A stretch of DNA of 64,000 bases, from positions 43,898,001 to 43,962,000 of the forward strand of contig NC_086097.1 of NCBI RefSeq assembly GCF_963921235.1, in the 5' to 3' direction. This stretch comes from Mobula hypostoma. Lineage: Eukaryota. The translations under genes and the position numbers were made by a program. Of this stretch, positions 36,750-49,629 are shown piece after piece; positions within the stretch are counted from its first letter, which is position 1; every line of letters begins with the position of its first letter. The notes beneath the pieces were generated by a model. That model was not told where the DNA came from. It was given only the letters and a program-made list of their open reading frames with translations, and did not search any database.

Positions 36750-37793
36750 ATGGCTTTAGTTGGGAAAGTTGACAAATTTGATAGTGCTAATGAAGGCTGG
36801 GATTCTTATATTGAGAGGGTAGAACTGTATTGTAATGCGAACACCATGGAAGAACAAAAGAAAGCCCCTATGCTTCTTAGCTTAATGGGGTTGCATCTCT
36901 TACACAACTTAGTAACCCCAGCAAAGCCAGCAAGCAAGATGTTTGATGAAATTGTTACAACTTTACGAACTCACTTGAGCCCTAAACTGCTGGCAATAGC
37001 TAGATTTTACAAAAGGAGCCAGTCAAAAGATGAAAGCATTTCTGAACACATTGCAGAAGTACACAAACTTTCCCGGTACTGTGACTTCAGAGATGGACTT
37101 TCTGATGCGTTAAGGGACAGGCTTATATGTGGCATGCATAGTCAAAGCACTCAAAAGAGGCTACTTTCCAATAGAGTCCTAACCTTAGAATGGACCTTGA
37201 CCATTGCACTGTTGTTAGAGACTGCAGCAAAGGATGCAGCATAACTGCAGAAAAGGAGATTAGAATGTGAAGTTCACAAAATGTCCCTGAATGGTGCAAA
37301 ATGCAAAATATATTATCATTGTGGCAAATCCTCCTGTGATGCAAATGATTGTTGGTTCAAGGAAAAAAAAATCTGCAGGAAGTGTCACGGAGAAGGTCAC
37401 ATACAGAAAATGTGCAAGGCAGACAAAAAGCAGAACTGAGTGGAAAGTCCCAAACACAGAGCCAAGCAAGTACATAACGTGTAAAACAGAATCAGACAAA
37501 ATGGAGTCTGACAAAGGTGAGCTGCCTTGCCTGGAACTGCACAGTATTACTGAAGCAGATCACAAAGTCATATGGATCACAACAGTTGTGTCTGGTGTAA
37601 AACTGAAAATGGAGCTGGATACAGGGCCAGCTTTGTCCATAATTCCAGAGGCTGACTACAACAGACCGTTTTCTAAGATACCATTGGAGAAGACCTCAGT
37701 GATGCCAAAGAGTTGGGTGAAAAACTGCCTCCCAAAGGCAAACTGAAAATAAGTCTGATGTATGGAGGCCAAACGCAACTATAGAACTTTATG
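36750..37793 (+). pseudogene. Gypsy gag-protease remnant
   Basis: MALVGKVDKFD..WDSYIER..LRDRLICGM, a degenerate CCHC knuckle (CRKCHGEGHIQKMC) and LKMELDTGPALSII. Confidence 0.9.
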
Positions 37794-40700
37794 CGCTGGC
37801 TGCAGCTCCTTGAGGACCGTGTTAGGGATCTGGAGCAGCAGCTGGATGACCTTCAGCTTCTATGGGAGAGTGAGGAGATCATCGATCAATGTTACAGGGA
37901 AGTAGTCACCCCGAAGTTGCAGGAGGCGAGTAGTTGGTGACTGTCAGGAGAAATGGAATTGTGAATAGGCAGTCAGTGCAGAGCACCCCCTAAGTATACT
38001 GTTTTGGATATCGTTGTCGGGGATGACCTTCCAGGGGAATGCCACGGAGACCGGGTTACTGGCACTGAGCATAGATCCATAGAGCAGAAGAGAAAGGGGG
38101 AGAAGAGGGGAGCGGTAGTGATAGGGGACATAATACTGAGGGGAACAGACAGGAGATTCTGTGGACGTGAATGGGACACCCGAGTGGTATGTTACCTCCC
38201 CAGTGCCAAGGCCAGGGATGTCTCGGATCGTATCCACAACACTTTGGAGAGGGAGGGAGAGCAACCAGATGTCTTGGTACATATTAGTACCAATGACACA
38301 GGAAGGAAAAGCAAAGAGGTCCTGAAAAGTGAATTTAGAGAGCTAGGTAGAAAGTTAAGATGCAGGACCTCCTTGGAAGTAACTCCTGGATTGTTGGCTG
38401 TGCCACGCGCCAGTGACGGTAGAAACAGGATGATCTGGCTGAGAAGCTGGTGTAGGGGGCAAGGGTTCAGGTTCTTGGATCATTGGGATCTCTTTTTGGG
38501 GGAGATATGACTTATTCAGAAGTGACACATTGCACCTAAACCAGAGGAGAACCAATATTCTCGTGGGCAGGTTTGTTAGAGCTGTTGGGGAGTGTTTAAA
38601 CTAACTTGGCAGGGGGTTGGGAACCAGAGTGAAGGGACACAGGATAGGACGTTTGGTTAAAAAAAAGTAAAAGATAGGTAGCATGCAGTCAGACTGTCAG
38701 GAAGGACAGGTAGAAGATAGGACATAATTGCAGCCAGCAGGGTGAGTCATCAGAGATGCAGAATCAAAAAGGGTAGCAAATACAGTACTCAAAGTGTTAT
38801 ATCTCAGTGCACGGAGTAGGAGAAATAAGGTGGATAATTTTGTTGCACTTTCACAGATGTTGGGTATGATGTTGTGGCCATCACTGAATCGTGGCTGAAG
38901 GATGGTTGTAGTTGGGAGCTGAATGTCCAAGGTTACACATTGTATCAGAGGGATAGGAAGGTAGGCAGAGGAGGTGGCGTGGCTCTGCTGGTAAGGAAAG
39001 GCATCAAATCAGTAGAAAGATGTGATATAGGATCAGAAAATGTTGAATCCTTGTGGGTTGAGTTAAGAAATTCCAAGGGTAAAAAGACCCTGAAGGCAGT
39101 TATACACAGGCCTCCGAACAGTAGCTGGGATGTGGACCACAGGTTATGACAGGAAATAGGAAAGGTGTGTCAAAAGGGCAATGTTATGATAATCATGGAA
39201 GATTTCAATATGCAGGGCGATTGGGAAAATCAGGTTGGAAATGGATCTCAAGAGAGTGAGTTTATTGAATGCCTTTGAGATGGCTTTTTAGAGCAGTTTG
39301 TCATTGAGCCCACTAGGGGATCAGCTATACTGGATTGGGTGTTATGTAATGAAACAGAGGCGATTAGGGAGCTTAATGTACAAGAACCCTTAGGAGGCAG
39401 TGATCACAATATGATTGAGTTCAACTTGAAGTTTGATAGAGAGAAAGTAAAGTCTGACGTAGCAGTATTTCGGTGGCATAAAGGAAATTACAGTGGTATG
39501 AGAAGGGAGTTGATCAAAAGAAGTTGGAAGGAGATGCTGGCAGCAGTGACACAAGTTTCTGGGAAAGATGAGAATGGTGCCAGGATAGATACATTCCAAA
39601 AATGAAGAAGCTTTTAAAACCATACAGGGAGCAACTAAAACAATCATTAGGAGGGAAAAGATGAAATAGGAAAGCAAGCTAGCAAACAATATTGAAGTGG
39701 AATTAAAAGCTTTTCCAAATATATAAAAAATAAAAGAGAGATGAGAGTGGATATAGGACCGCTAGAAAATGAGGTCGGAGAAATAATAAAGGGGCACAAG
39801 GAGATGGCAGCTGAACTAACTGAGCATTTTGCATCAGTCTTCACTGTGGAAGTGTACAGTTTGTGAAGGATGAGAAGTGCAGTTACTATCACAAGGCAGA
39901 AGGTGTTCAAAAAGCTGAAAGACCTAAGGGTACATAAATCACCTGGTCCAGGTGAACTGCACCCTAGGGTTCAGAAAGAGGTAGCGGTAGAGATTGTGGA
40001 GGCATTAGAAATGATCTTTCAAAAATTGTTGGACTCTGGCATAGTGTCAGAGGATTGCAACATTGCAAATGTCACTCCACTCTTTAAGAAAGGAGGAAGG
40101 CATCAGAAAAGAAATTATAGACCAGTTCGCCTGACCTCAGTGGCTGGGAAGATGTTGGAGTCAATTGTTAAGGATGAAGTTATGGAGTATTTGGTGATAC
40201 AGGACAAGATAGGACAAAGTCAGCATGGCTTCCTTAAGGGAGAATCTCGCCTGACAAATCTGTCGGAATTCTTTGAGGAGATTACAAGTAGGATAGATAA
40301 AGGTGATGCAATGGATGTTGTTTATTTGGACTTTCAGAAGGCCTTTGACAAGGTGCCATACTTGAGGCTGCTTCCCAATTTTAGAGCCCATGGTATTACA
40401 GGAAAGGTACTGGCATGGTTAGAGCACTGGCTGATTGATAGGCGGCAGCGAGTGGGAATAAAAGGATCCTTTTCTGCTTGGCTGCCGGTGACGAGTGGTG
40501 TTCCGCAAGGGTCGGTGTTGGGACCGCTTCTTTTTATCCTGTATATCAATGATTTAGATGATGGAATAGATGGCTTTATTGCCAGATTTGCAGATGATAT
40601 GAAGATTTGGTGGAGGGACAAGTAGTGTTGAGGAAACATGTAGGCTGCAGAAGGACATAGACAGATTAGGAGGTTGGGTAAGAAAGTGGCAATTGAAATA

Positions 40701-41477
40701 CAATGTTGGAAAATGCATGGTCATGCACTTTGGTAAAAGAAGTAAATGAGCAGACTATTTTCTAAACTGGGAGAAAATCCAAAAATCTGAGATGCAAAGG
40801 GACTTGGGAGTCCTTGTGCAGAACACCCTGAAGGTTAACTTGCAGGTTGAGTTGGTGTTGAGGAAGGCAAATGCAATGTTAGCATTAATTGCAAGAGGTC
40901 TTGAATACAAGAGCAGGGATGTGATGCTGAGGCCTCACCTTGACTATTGTGAACAATTTTGGGCTCCACATCTAAGAAAAGATGTGCTGAAATTAGAGAG
41001 GGTCCAGAGGTGATTCACAAGGATGATTCCGGGAATGATATGGTTATCATACGAGGAATGTTTGATGGCTCTGGGTCTGTACTGGCTGCAATTTAGAAGG
41101 ATGATGGGGAACCTTATTGAAACCTTTCAAATGTTGAAAGGCCTAGACAGAGTAGGTGTGGAAAGGATGTTTCCCATGGTGGGAGAGATAAGGATAAGAG
41201 GGCACAGCCTCAGGATAGAGGGGTATCCATTTAAAACAGAGATGCAGAGAAATTTCTGTAGCCAGAGGGCGGTGAACTTTGGCAGCTGTGGAGGCCAGGT
41301 TGTTTGTTGGGTGTATTTAAGGCAGAGCTTGCTATGTTCTTATTGGACAAGACATCAAAGGCTCCCGGGAGTAGGATGGGGAGTAGATCTGTAGAGGGGA
41401 GAAAAGGATCAGCCATGGCAAGTTTGACTCAATGGGCCATATGGCCTAATTCTGCTCCTATGTCTTATGGTCTTATG
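37794..41477 (+). mobile_element. Near full-length degenerate CR1 (ORF1 esterase, endonuclease, RT)
   Basis: ORFs 38004-38510, 38874-39149, 39870-40625 and 41023-41394. Tail tcttatggtcttatg, with ttatg at both junctions. Confidence 0.92.
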
Positions 41478-42045
41478 TCTCAAAAAATAGAGGGCCAATG
41501 GCTTTTGGATGTGAATGGTTGACAAAAATCCAACTAGCTGGCACTCAATCAAAGCTCTCAGTATGCCATCAGCAGTCAAATGGTAGCTCTAACCAGATAC
41601 TGGCACAACTGCTTAATGCTGGTGAGAAGGTGTTTGAAAAGGGTATTGGTAAACTGAAAGGCATGAAGGCCAAAATTGAACTGGATGAAACAACACCAAG
41701 ATTCCATAAAGTGCATCCAGTGCCTTACACACTACATCCTAAAGTGGATGCTGAATGGCACAGTAAAGAGTACATATCGACTTTGCTGGTCCATTCATGG
41801 ACTCAATGTTCCTGATAGCTGTGGATGCTCATTCAAACTTGCCAGAGATTACACCAATGAAGTCAACCACCAAGCAAAGTCTGTCTTTGCTCTGAGGTCT
41901 ATCTTTATCAGAAACAGCTTACCAGAACAAATTGTGAGAATTCAGACTGTTCATGAAGAAAGATGGCATCAGACATTTCAAGTCAGCTACTCACCACCCA
42001 GCAAAGAATGGCTTATTTGAAAGGTTTATCCAAATCTCAAGAAGT
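41478..42045 (+). pseudogene. Gypsy pol remnant: end of protease/linker joined to integrase core
   Basis: FHKVHPVPYTLHPKVDAE is followed within about 15 nt by RVHIDFAGPFMDSMFLIAVDAHS. Confidence 0.85.
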
Positions 42046-42847
42046 TCAACCCAGAAAAGTGTGAAGTAGTTCAGTTTGGTAGGTCAAATATGATGGCAGA
42101 ATCTAGTATTAATGGTAAGAATCTTAGCAGTGTGGAGGATCAGAGGGATCTTGGGGTCCGAGTCCATAGGACACTCAAAGCAGCTGCGCAGGTTGACTCT
42201 GTGGTTAAGAAGGCATACGGTGTATTGGCCTTCATTAATCGTGGAATTGAATTTAGGAGCTGAGAGGTAATGTTGCAACTATATAGGACCCTGGTCAGAC
42301 CCCATTTGGAGTACTGTGCTCAGTTCTGGTCGCTTCACTACAGGAAGGATGTGGGAACCATAGAAAGGGTGCAGAGGAGATTTACAAGGATGTTGCCTGG
42401 ATTGGGGAGCATGCCTTATGAGAATAGGTTGAGCGAACTCGGCCTTTTCTCCTTGGAGTGACGGAGGATGAGAGGTGACCTGACAGAGGTGTATAATATG
42501 ATGAGAAGCATTGATCATGTGGATAGTCAGAGGCTTTTTCCCAGCGCTGAAATGGTTGCCACAAGAGGACACAGGTTTAAGGTGCTGGGGAGTAGGTACA
42601 GAGAAGATGTCAAGGGTACGTTTTTAACACAGAGAGTGGTGAGTGTGTGGAATAGGCTGCCAACGACAGTGGTGGAGGCAGATACGATAGGGTCTTTTAA
42701 GAGACTTTTGGATAGGTACATGGAGCTTAGAAAAATAGAGGGCTATGGGTAAGCCTAGTAATTTCTAAGGTAGGGACATGTTCGGCACTACTTAGTGGGC
42801 CGAAGGGCCTATATTGTGCTGTAGGTTTGCTATGTTTCTATGTTTCT
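42046..42847 (+). mobile_element. 5'-truncated CR1
   Basis: LYRTLVRPHLEYCAQFW and tail (tatgtttc)n. aagt lies at both junctions (42042-42045 and 42848-42851). Confidence 0.92.
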
Positions 42848-43167
42848 AAGTCCTTTAAAACTATGGACAAGGAGGGCATTCCTCTACAGCACAAGGTGGA
42901 CAACTTCCTTTTTGTGTATTGGAACTCTGTTCATGTGATGACAAATCAAATACCTGCAATGATGTTCATGAACAGGAATCAGAGATCTCACATAGACCTC
43001 CTGAAACCAGAGCTACAGAGGGAAGTGGAGAATAAATAGTTCAACCAGTTGCCAAGCAAGGAGCTTTGAGATTGGACAGGAAGTCCTAGCGGGTGGTTAC
43101 TGAGAGGACAAGTGGGCACCCAAGAACTGGACCACTAATGTGCACAGTGGATGTTGGAGATCAAGAC
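42848..43167 (+). pseudogene. Gypsy integrase C-terminal remnant
   Basis: FLFVYWNSVHVMTNQIPAMMFMNR..DLLKP. Resumes at 46122. Confidence 0.8.
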
Positions 43168-46121
43168 AAATCCAGGGCAAGCATCAAAAAGGGCCACTTT
43201 TCAACATAATTGTATAAGGGCTAAGAGAGTTGTAAAAGAGTGCCTGAAGGCTTTGTGTGTCAATGCCAGGAGCATTGTGGATGAATTGAAAGTGCAGGTT
43301 GTTATTAATGATTATGATATAGTTGGGATCACAGAGACATGGCTTCAGGGTGACCAAGGATGGGAGCTCAACGTTCAGGGATATTCAATATTCAGGAGGG
43401 ATAGACATGAAGGAAGGGGAGGTGGGGTGGCATTGCTGGTTAAAGAGGAGATTAACGCAATAGAAAGGAAGGACATAAACCGGGAAGATGTGGAATCGAT
43501 ATGGGTAGAGCTGCATAACACTAAGGGGCAGAAAACGCTGGTGGGAGTTGTGTACAGGCCACCTAACAGTAGTAGTGAGGTCGGGGATGGTATTAAACAG
43601 GAAATTAGAAATGTGTGCAATAAAGGAACAGCAGTTATAATGGGTGACTTCAATCTACATGTAGATTGGGTGAACCAAATTGGTAAAGGTGCTGAGGAAG
43701 AGGATTTCTTGGAATGTATGCGGGATGGTTTTTTGAACCAACATGTCGAGGAACCAACTAGAGAGCAGATTATTCTAGACTGGGTTTTGAGCAATGAGGA
43801 AGGGTTAATTAGCAATCTTGTCATGAGAGGCCCCTTGGGTAAGAGTGACCATAATATGGTGGAATTCTTCATTAAGATGGAGAGTGACATAGTTAATTCA
43901 GAAACAAAGGTTCTGAACTTAAAGAGGGGTAACTTTGAAGGTATGAGATAGACTGGCAAATGACACTTAAAGGATTGACAGTGGATATGCAATGGCAAGC
44001 ATTTAAAGATTGCATGGATGAAATACAACAATTGTTCATCCCAGTTTGGCAAAAGAATAAATCAAGGAAGGTAGTGCACCCGTGGCTGACAAGGGAAATT
44101 AGGGATAGTATCAATTCCAAAGAAGAAGCATACAAATTAGCCAGAAAAAGTGGCTCACCTGAGGACTGGGAGAAATTCAGAGTTCAGCAGAGGAGGACAA
44201 AGGGCTTAATTAGGAAGGAGAAAAAAGATTATGAGAGAAAACTGGCAGGGAACATAAAAACTGACTGTAAAAGCTTTTATAAATATGTAAAAAGGAAAAG
44301 ACTGGTAAAGACAAATGTAGGTCCCCTACAGACAGAAACAGGTGAATTGATTATGGGGAGCAAGGACATGGCAGACCAATTGAATAATTACTTTGGTTCT
44401 GTCTTCACTAAGGAGGACATAAATAATCTTCCAGAATTAGTAGGGGACAGAGGGTCCAGTGAGATGGAGGAACTGAGCGAAATACATGTTAGTAGGGAAG
44501 TGGTGTTAGGTAAATTGAAGGGATTAAAGGCAGATAAATCCCCAGGGCCAGATGGTCTGCATTCCAGAGTGCTTAAGGAAGTAGCCCAAGAAATAGTGAA
44601 TGCATTAGTGATAACTTTTCAAAACTCGTTAGATTCTGGACTAGTTCCTGAGGATTGGAGGGTGGCTAATGTAACCCCGCTTTTTAAAAAAGGAGGGAGA
44701 GAGAAACCGGGGAATTATAGACTGATTAGCCTAACGTCGGTGGTGGGGAAACTGCAGGAGTCAGTTATCAAAGATGTGATAACAGCACATTTGGAAAGCG
44801 GTGAAATGATCGGACAAAGTCAGCATGGATTTGTGAAAGGAAAATCGTGTCTGACGAACCCATAGAATTTTTTGAGGATGTAACTAGTAGAGTGGATAGG
44901 GGAGAACCAGTGGATGTGGTATACTTGGATTTTCAAAAGGCTTTTGACAAGGTCCCACACAGGAGATTAGAGTGCAAACTTAAAGCACACGGTATTGGGG
45001 GTAAGGTATTGATGTGGATAGAGAATTGGTTAGCAGACAGGAAGCAAAGAGTGGGAATAAACGGGACCTTTTCAGAATGGCAGGCAGTGACTAGTGGGGT
45101 ACCGCAAGACTCAGTGCTGGGACCCCAGTTGTTTACAATATATATTAATGACTTGGACAAGGGAACTAAATGCAGCATCTCCAAGTTTGCGGATGATACG
45201 AAGCTGGGTGGCAGTGTTAGCTGTGAGGAGGATGCTAAGAGGATGCAGGGTGACTTGGATAGGTTGGGTGAGTGGGCAAATTCATGGCAGATGCAATTTA
45301 ATGTGGATAAATGTGAAGTTATCCACTTTGGTGGCAAAAATAGGAAAACAGATTATTATCTGAATGGTGGCCGATTAGGAAAAGGGGAGGTGCAACGAGA
45401 CCTGGGTGTCATTATACACCAGTCATTGAAAGTGGGCATGCAGGTACAGCAGGCGGTGAAAAAGGCGAATGGTATGCTGGCATTTATAGCAAGAGGATTC
45501 GAGTACAGGAGCAGGGAGGTACTACTGCAGTTGTACAAGGCCTTGGTGAGACCACACCTGGAGTATTGTGTGCAGTTTTGGTCCCTAATCTGAGGAAAGA
45601 CATCCTTGCCATAGAGGGAGTACAAAGAACGTTCACCAGATTGATTCCTGGGATGGCAGGACTTTCATATGAAGAAAGACTGGATGAACTAGGCTTGTAC
45701 TCGTTGGAATTTAGAAGATTGAGGGAGGATCTGATTGAAACGTATAAGATCCTAAAGGGATTGGACAGGCTAGATGCAGGAAGATTGTTCCCGATGTTGG
45801 GGAAGTCCAGAACGAGGGGCCACGGTTTGAGGATAAAGGCAAAGCCTTTTAGGACTGAGATTAGGAAAAACTTCTTCACACAGAGAGTGGTGAATCTGTG
45901 GAATTCTCTGCCACAGGAAACAGTTGAGGCCAGTTCATTGGCTATATTTAAGAGGGAGTTAGATATGGCACTTGTGGCTAGGGGGATCAGAGGGTATGGA
46001 GGGAAGGCTGGTGCAGGGTTCTGAGTTGGATGATCAGCCATGATCATACTGAATGGCGGTGCAGGCTTGAAGGGCCGAATAGCCTACTCCTGCACCTATT
46101 TTCTATGTTTCTATGTTTTCT
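43168..46121 (+). mobile_element. Young 5'-truncated CR1 with nearly complete ORF2 (endonuclease + RT), three frameshifts
   Basis: ORFs 43151-43951, 43960-44865, 44847-45593 and 45566-46024. Tail (ttctatgt)n. TSD aagac at 43163-43167 and 46122-46126. Confidence 0.95.
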
Positions 46122-46422
46122 AAGACGTGGAAATCATGTGGACTAGATACTGGATGCTCAACCAAAGAACACAATTGTGTCAACTGCAGCTATCAAGATG
46201 GACGCAATACAGTCACCGGACTTAGCTCTCAGTGGTGATCATGTCACCGACAGTGATGTGACACCAGAAACAGAACAACACTGAAAAGACTGAATCTTTA
46301 GGACTGTGAAGTTAGACTGTTATTGTGAAAGCATGTTTATTTGGAATGTAGGTTATGAAAGGGAAATTGAATGCTTTGTACATATATAGTTAACGTTGCA
46401 TTTAATCTAAAGGGGGAGGAAG

Positions 46423-46618
46423 TGCAATATAGGGATCTACTTCTTTTAGAGCAATATCCTCCTTAGCATGACGTATTGATCTGTTGTCTGCGATGTGCTG
46501 TTGTCGATACATGCGCATTGTTTTCTCTCTCTCGTTGCAATGTGGATACACCAGTTAAAGCCAACCCCTGCATGTGTGCTTTTATGTAATTGATATGAAG
46601 TTGTGCACAGACACAACA
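46423..46618 (+). repeat. Gypsy 3' LTR
   Basis: TGCAA...ACAACA, preceded by polypurine tract aaagggggaggaag (46409-46422). Confidence 0.9.
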
Positions 46619-48224
46619 GGAAGGATATCGTTGCAATGAAAAGATTGTGGAGGAAGTTCACCAGGATGTTGCCTAGATTGGAGAAGACTGGGCTTGTTTT
46701 CCCTGGGCAAAAGATCCTGAAGGGAGACCTGATAGAGGTGTCTAAAATGATAAGAGGCATAGTCAGAAACTTCTTCCCACAGTAGGGGTATTAAGAACAA
46801 GAGTACAGAAGTTTATGGTGAGAGGAAGATTTTTAAAAGGAAGTTGAAAGATTTTTTTCTACACTGAATGTGGTTGACATCTGGAACTCGATGCCAGAAG
46901 AGGTGATAAATCAGAAAGAGTCATTACATTTACGAGACATTTTTCTAAAAGCACCTGTAGAGACATGGCTTGGAAGGAATTGGACTTAATTTGGGCAGAC
47001 CAGACCAGTGCAGCTGTCAAAATGATTGAGATAGATGTGATGGGCTGATACTGCTCTCTACAACTTATGACGTTATTAAACTCTGTTTATTAGAGCTCTG
47101 TTTAAGCTCTATTTAGCTCTGTTTACCCCACCCTACTATTGCAGACACCCTGTGCAATAATATTATCACCTCTTATCTGGACGCTGTGAATGTGCACCTA
47201 TTACTGTATAATATTACGTCAATTCTTGCACTACTATCTTATCAGCGTGAACTTGTAAAACTTGTACATCTTATTTTTAAGGTAACTTATTTTTTATTCT
47301 TGCTTACTTCTCTTCTAATGTTTGTATATCTGTGCACTTGTAATGCTATTGTGACATTAATTTCCTTTGGGTTCAGTAAAGTATCTATTTATCTAAGTTT
47401 AGAACTACATTTTGCAGTTTTAAGCAATGTAATGATTAATAATCATATTTAGACTAATGCAATAAAACAATTTAAAATTGGTACTTGTGTTCCATAACTG
47501 GCAAATGATTGAACATGAAGCAGCAGGACATCAAATTCTCTTTGGGCAATTTTTGTATTCAGTTGAAAGGTTGAAGTGACTGGTAGCTTCTTAAATCCAT
47601 ACAAGAGAAGTTCATGCCAAATTCTTGTCCTTGTACAATAGCTGAGCAACTGTTTACATTGTAATGTCCCAATTGTGCCATATGAAATAAGAAAAGGTTA
47701 TTTGGCTTGGAAAACTCGTTTCCTAGACTTTTGTGCAATTTGCGTCAATTCCATTGACTCAAACCAACTCATTTAATTTCCTGTGGAAATAGTTTGCTTA
47801 TTTTCTACCAACCACCAAATGCAATAAGGAAGTACCATAAATTTCACAGATGATGCTTTGTTGATTCTAGCAAGAAAAGAAAGACTTGCGTTAAATAATG
47901 TTTTCCATCTTCCTTTCAAGATGTTTCAAAGGGCTTTCCAGTTAAAGAAGTGTTCTCAGTGTGTAGACTCTGCTGTTGAAAATGCAACTATTTGTAAACA
48001 GCAAGTTTTCGCAAATGTCATTATCAAAAATGACTAAGTCATCATCTGCTTTAGTAACATTGGCAAAGACCTCATAAATAGTTTCCTTCCTCTTCAAAAT
48101 AGATTTTATTATCCCCGTCTAAGAAAGCAGATCTGTTTCACATTTTATCACTGTTGGCTCTGGAGTTACCTCCTAGGTTACCTGCTTATTTGAAAATGTT
48201 AGCATCTGGTGTTAAAATATTAAA

Positions 48225-48548
48225 GATTTCAAGATTAAGGACTAGCTTTATTTGTCACATGTGGATTGAAATAGCGAAACATTCAGAGAAATGCATTGTT
48301 TGCGTCAACAACCAAAACAGTCTGAGGATGTGCTGGGGACAGCTAGCAAGTATCCCCATGCATCTGGCATCAACATAACATACCCAGAACTTGGTAACCC
48401 TAACCTGCACATCTTTGGGATGTGGGAAGAAACGGGAAAACCCTGAGGAAACATATATGGCCATGAGGAGAACGTACAAGCTCCGTACAGACAGAGACAG
48501 AATTGAACTGGAGACACTGGTGCAGTAAAGCCCTACACTAACCACTCC
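48225..48548 (-). mobile_element. V-SINE with a Rex1-type tail
   Basis: Core ttcttcccacatcccaaagatgtgc and tail tgtgacaaataaagcta. Confidence 0.75.
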
Positions 48549-49629
48549 ACAACCTAGTTCACTGAAATATGGTCAAAATCTCCAGTTTTTTCAATCTCAT
48601 TTCCATCTTGCTTACAACATGGTAATTTTGTACTTGAATTCTCTACCTCTATCAATGTGATCTATTTAAGTAACCCCTGTGAGACTTTATTAAGATATCT
48701 CATTAGCAGGAAGGTCTGGATCATGTTCCTATTCAATTGTTTAAAATTAAATTGCAGAGTTCCTGATTTTAGGATTGCTGCTTGCTCTTGCACAACAACA
48801 GAGGCCATAAAATGTTGCTGGGGCTCTTCCAGTCTCACACTGCTCCTATAATATCAGGCAAACAGCCTTTTCAGTTGTTTAACTATTCCCTGGAAATTTC
48901 TACCTGTAAGGAGAGACTAATTCCTCCAAAGGAGATTAAGCTGAGACAACCAGGAGTATGCCAAATGTCTCAGTGAATTTCCATGGGAGTTCTTGTGTAT
49001 GTGAGTGTGTGTGTGGGTGTGGGTTGGCATGTATAATATGTGAGAGGGCAGGAGAAGGGTTTGTTTACTACCTATGAGGAAGGTTGTAAAACTGTAACTT
49101 TTATTGGCAAGATTATCAGTTGATGTAAAAGTACTAGAAGAACAGCATGCAGTATACAAACATGCTTATGATGAAATCTGTGTGTGTCACAGGTCAATGT
49201 TTATCTACAACATGAGTGGAGGAAAACTATTTCTGCATAATTTGTTCCTGATGTGTTTTTAGTATTTAAGCTCACATTGAACTTTCCTGTTATGCACGGT
49301 GCTGTGTTTTATGTTTTATTTTTAGTGGAACAAGAATGGTTTCAGCAGGGTTGAAGATTGGTTGAGTAACCCTCCTAAAGCCATTTCAGGACATGGTGCT
49401 TGGTGTCACCTGTTTGATAATCCGCCAAAGCTGCCTTCTGCTCCAGTGACCCCACAGTCCCGAAAGGCATTATGAAACCAAGGTTGCTTGAGGTAATGAG
49501 CAGTCTACACAAAAGCTGCAGATTTTAACAAAGTTATTAGCCTTTGCGGAAATCTAGTTAAAACAGGTATATAAAGAAATCTAGAGACTTGGATTAAGCT
49601 ATCTGTTAAAAGGTGCACAGTATGCTTAT

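Larger units (their letters stand above)
36403..46618 (+). mobile_element. Gypsy LTR retrotransposon, degenerate and internally deleted, containing three CR1 insertions
   Basis: Paired LTRs with a GGAAG TSD (36398-36402 and 46619-46623), PBS and PPT, gag, Zn knuckles, protease DTG and integrase RVHIDFAGPF. Confidence 0.92.
35815..47070 (+). mobile_element. Old CR1 3' fragment split by a SINE and a Gypsy element (pieces about 35815-35869, 36060-36402, 46619-47070)
   Basis: The frame ..HDRK at 36402 continues DIVAMKRLWRKFTRMLPRL at 46624, matching CR1 HYRKDV..ERVQRRFTRMLPGL. Confidence 0.8.

Noticed and set aside
43375..44052. Long antisense ORFs (also 18124-18528, 44933-45337, 45484-46047, 62835-63143)
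   Set aside because: Shadow frames opposite LINE ORFs, with no independent protein features.
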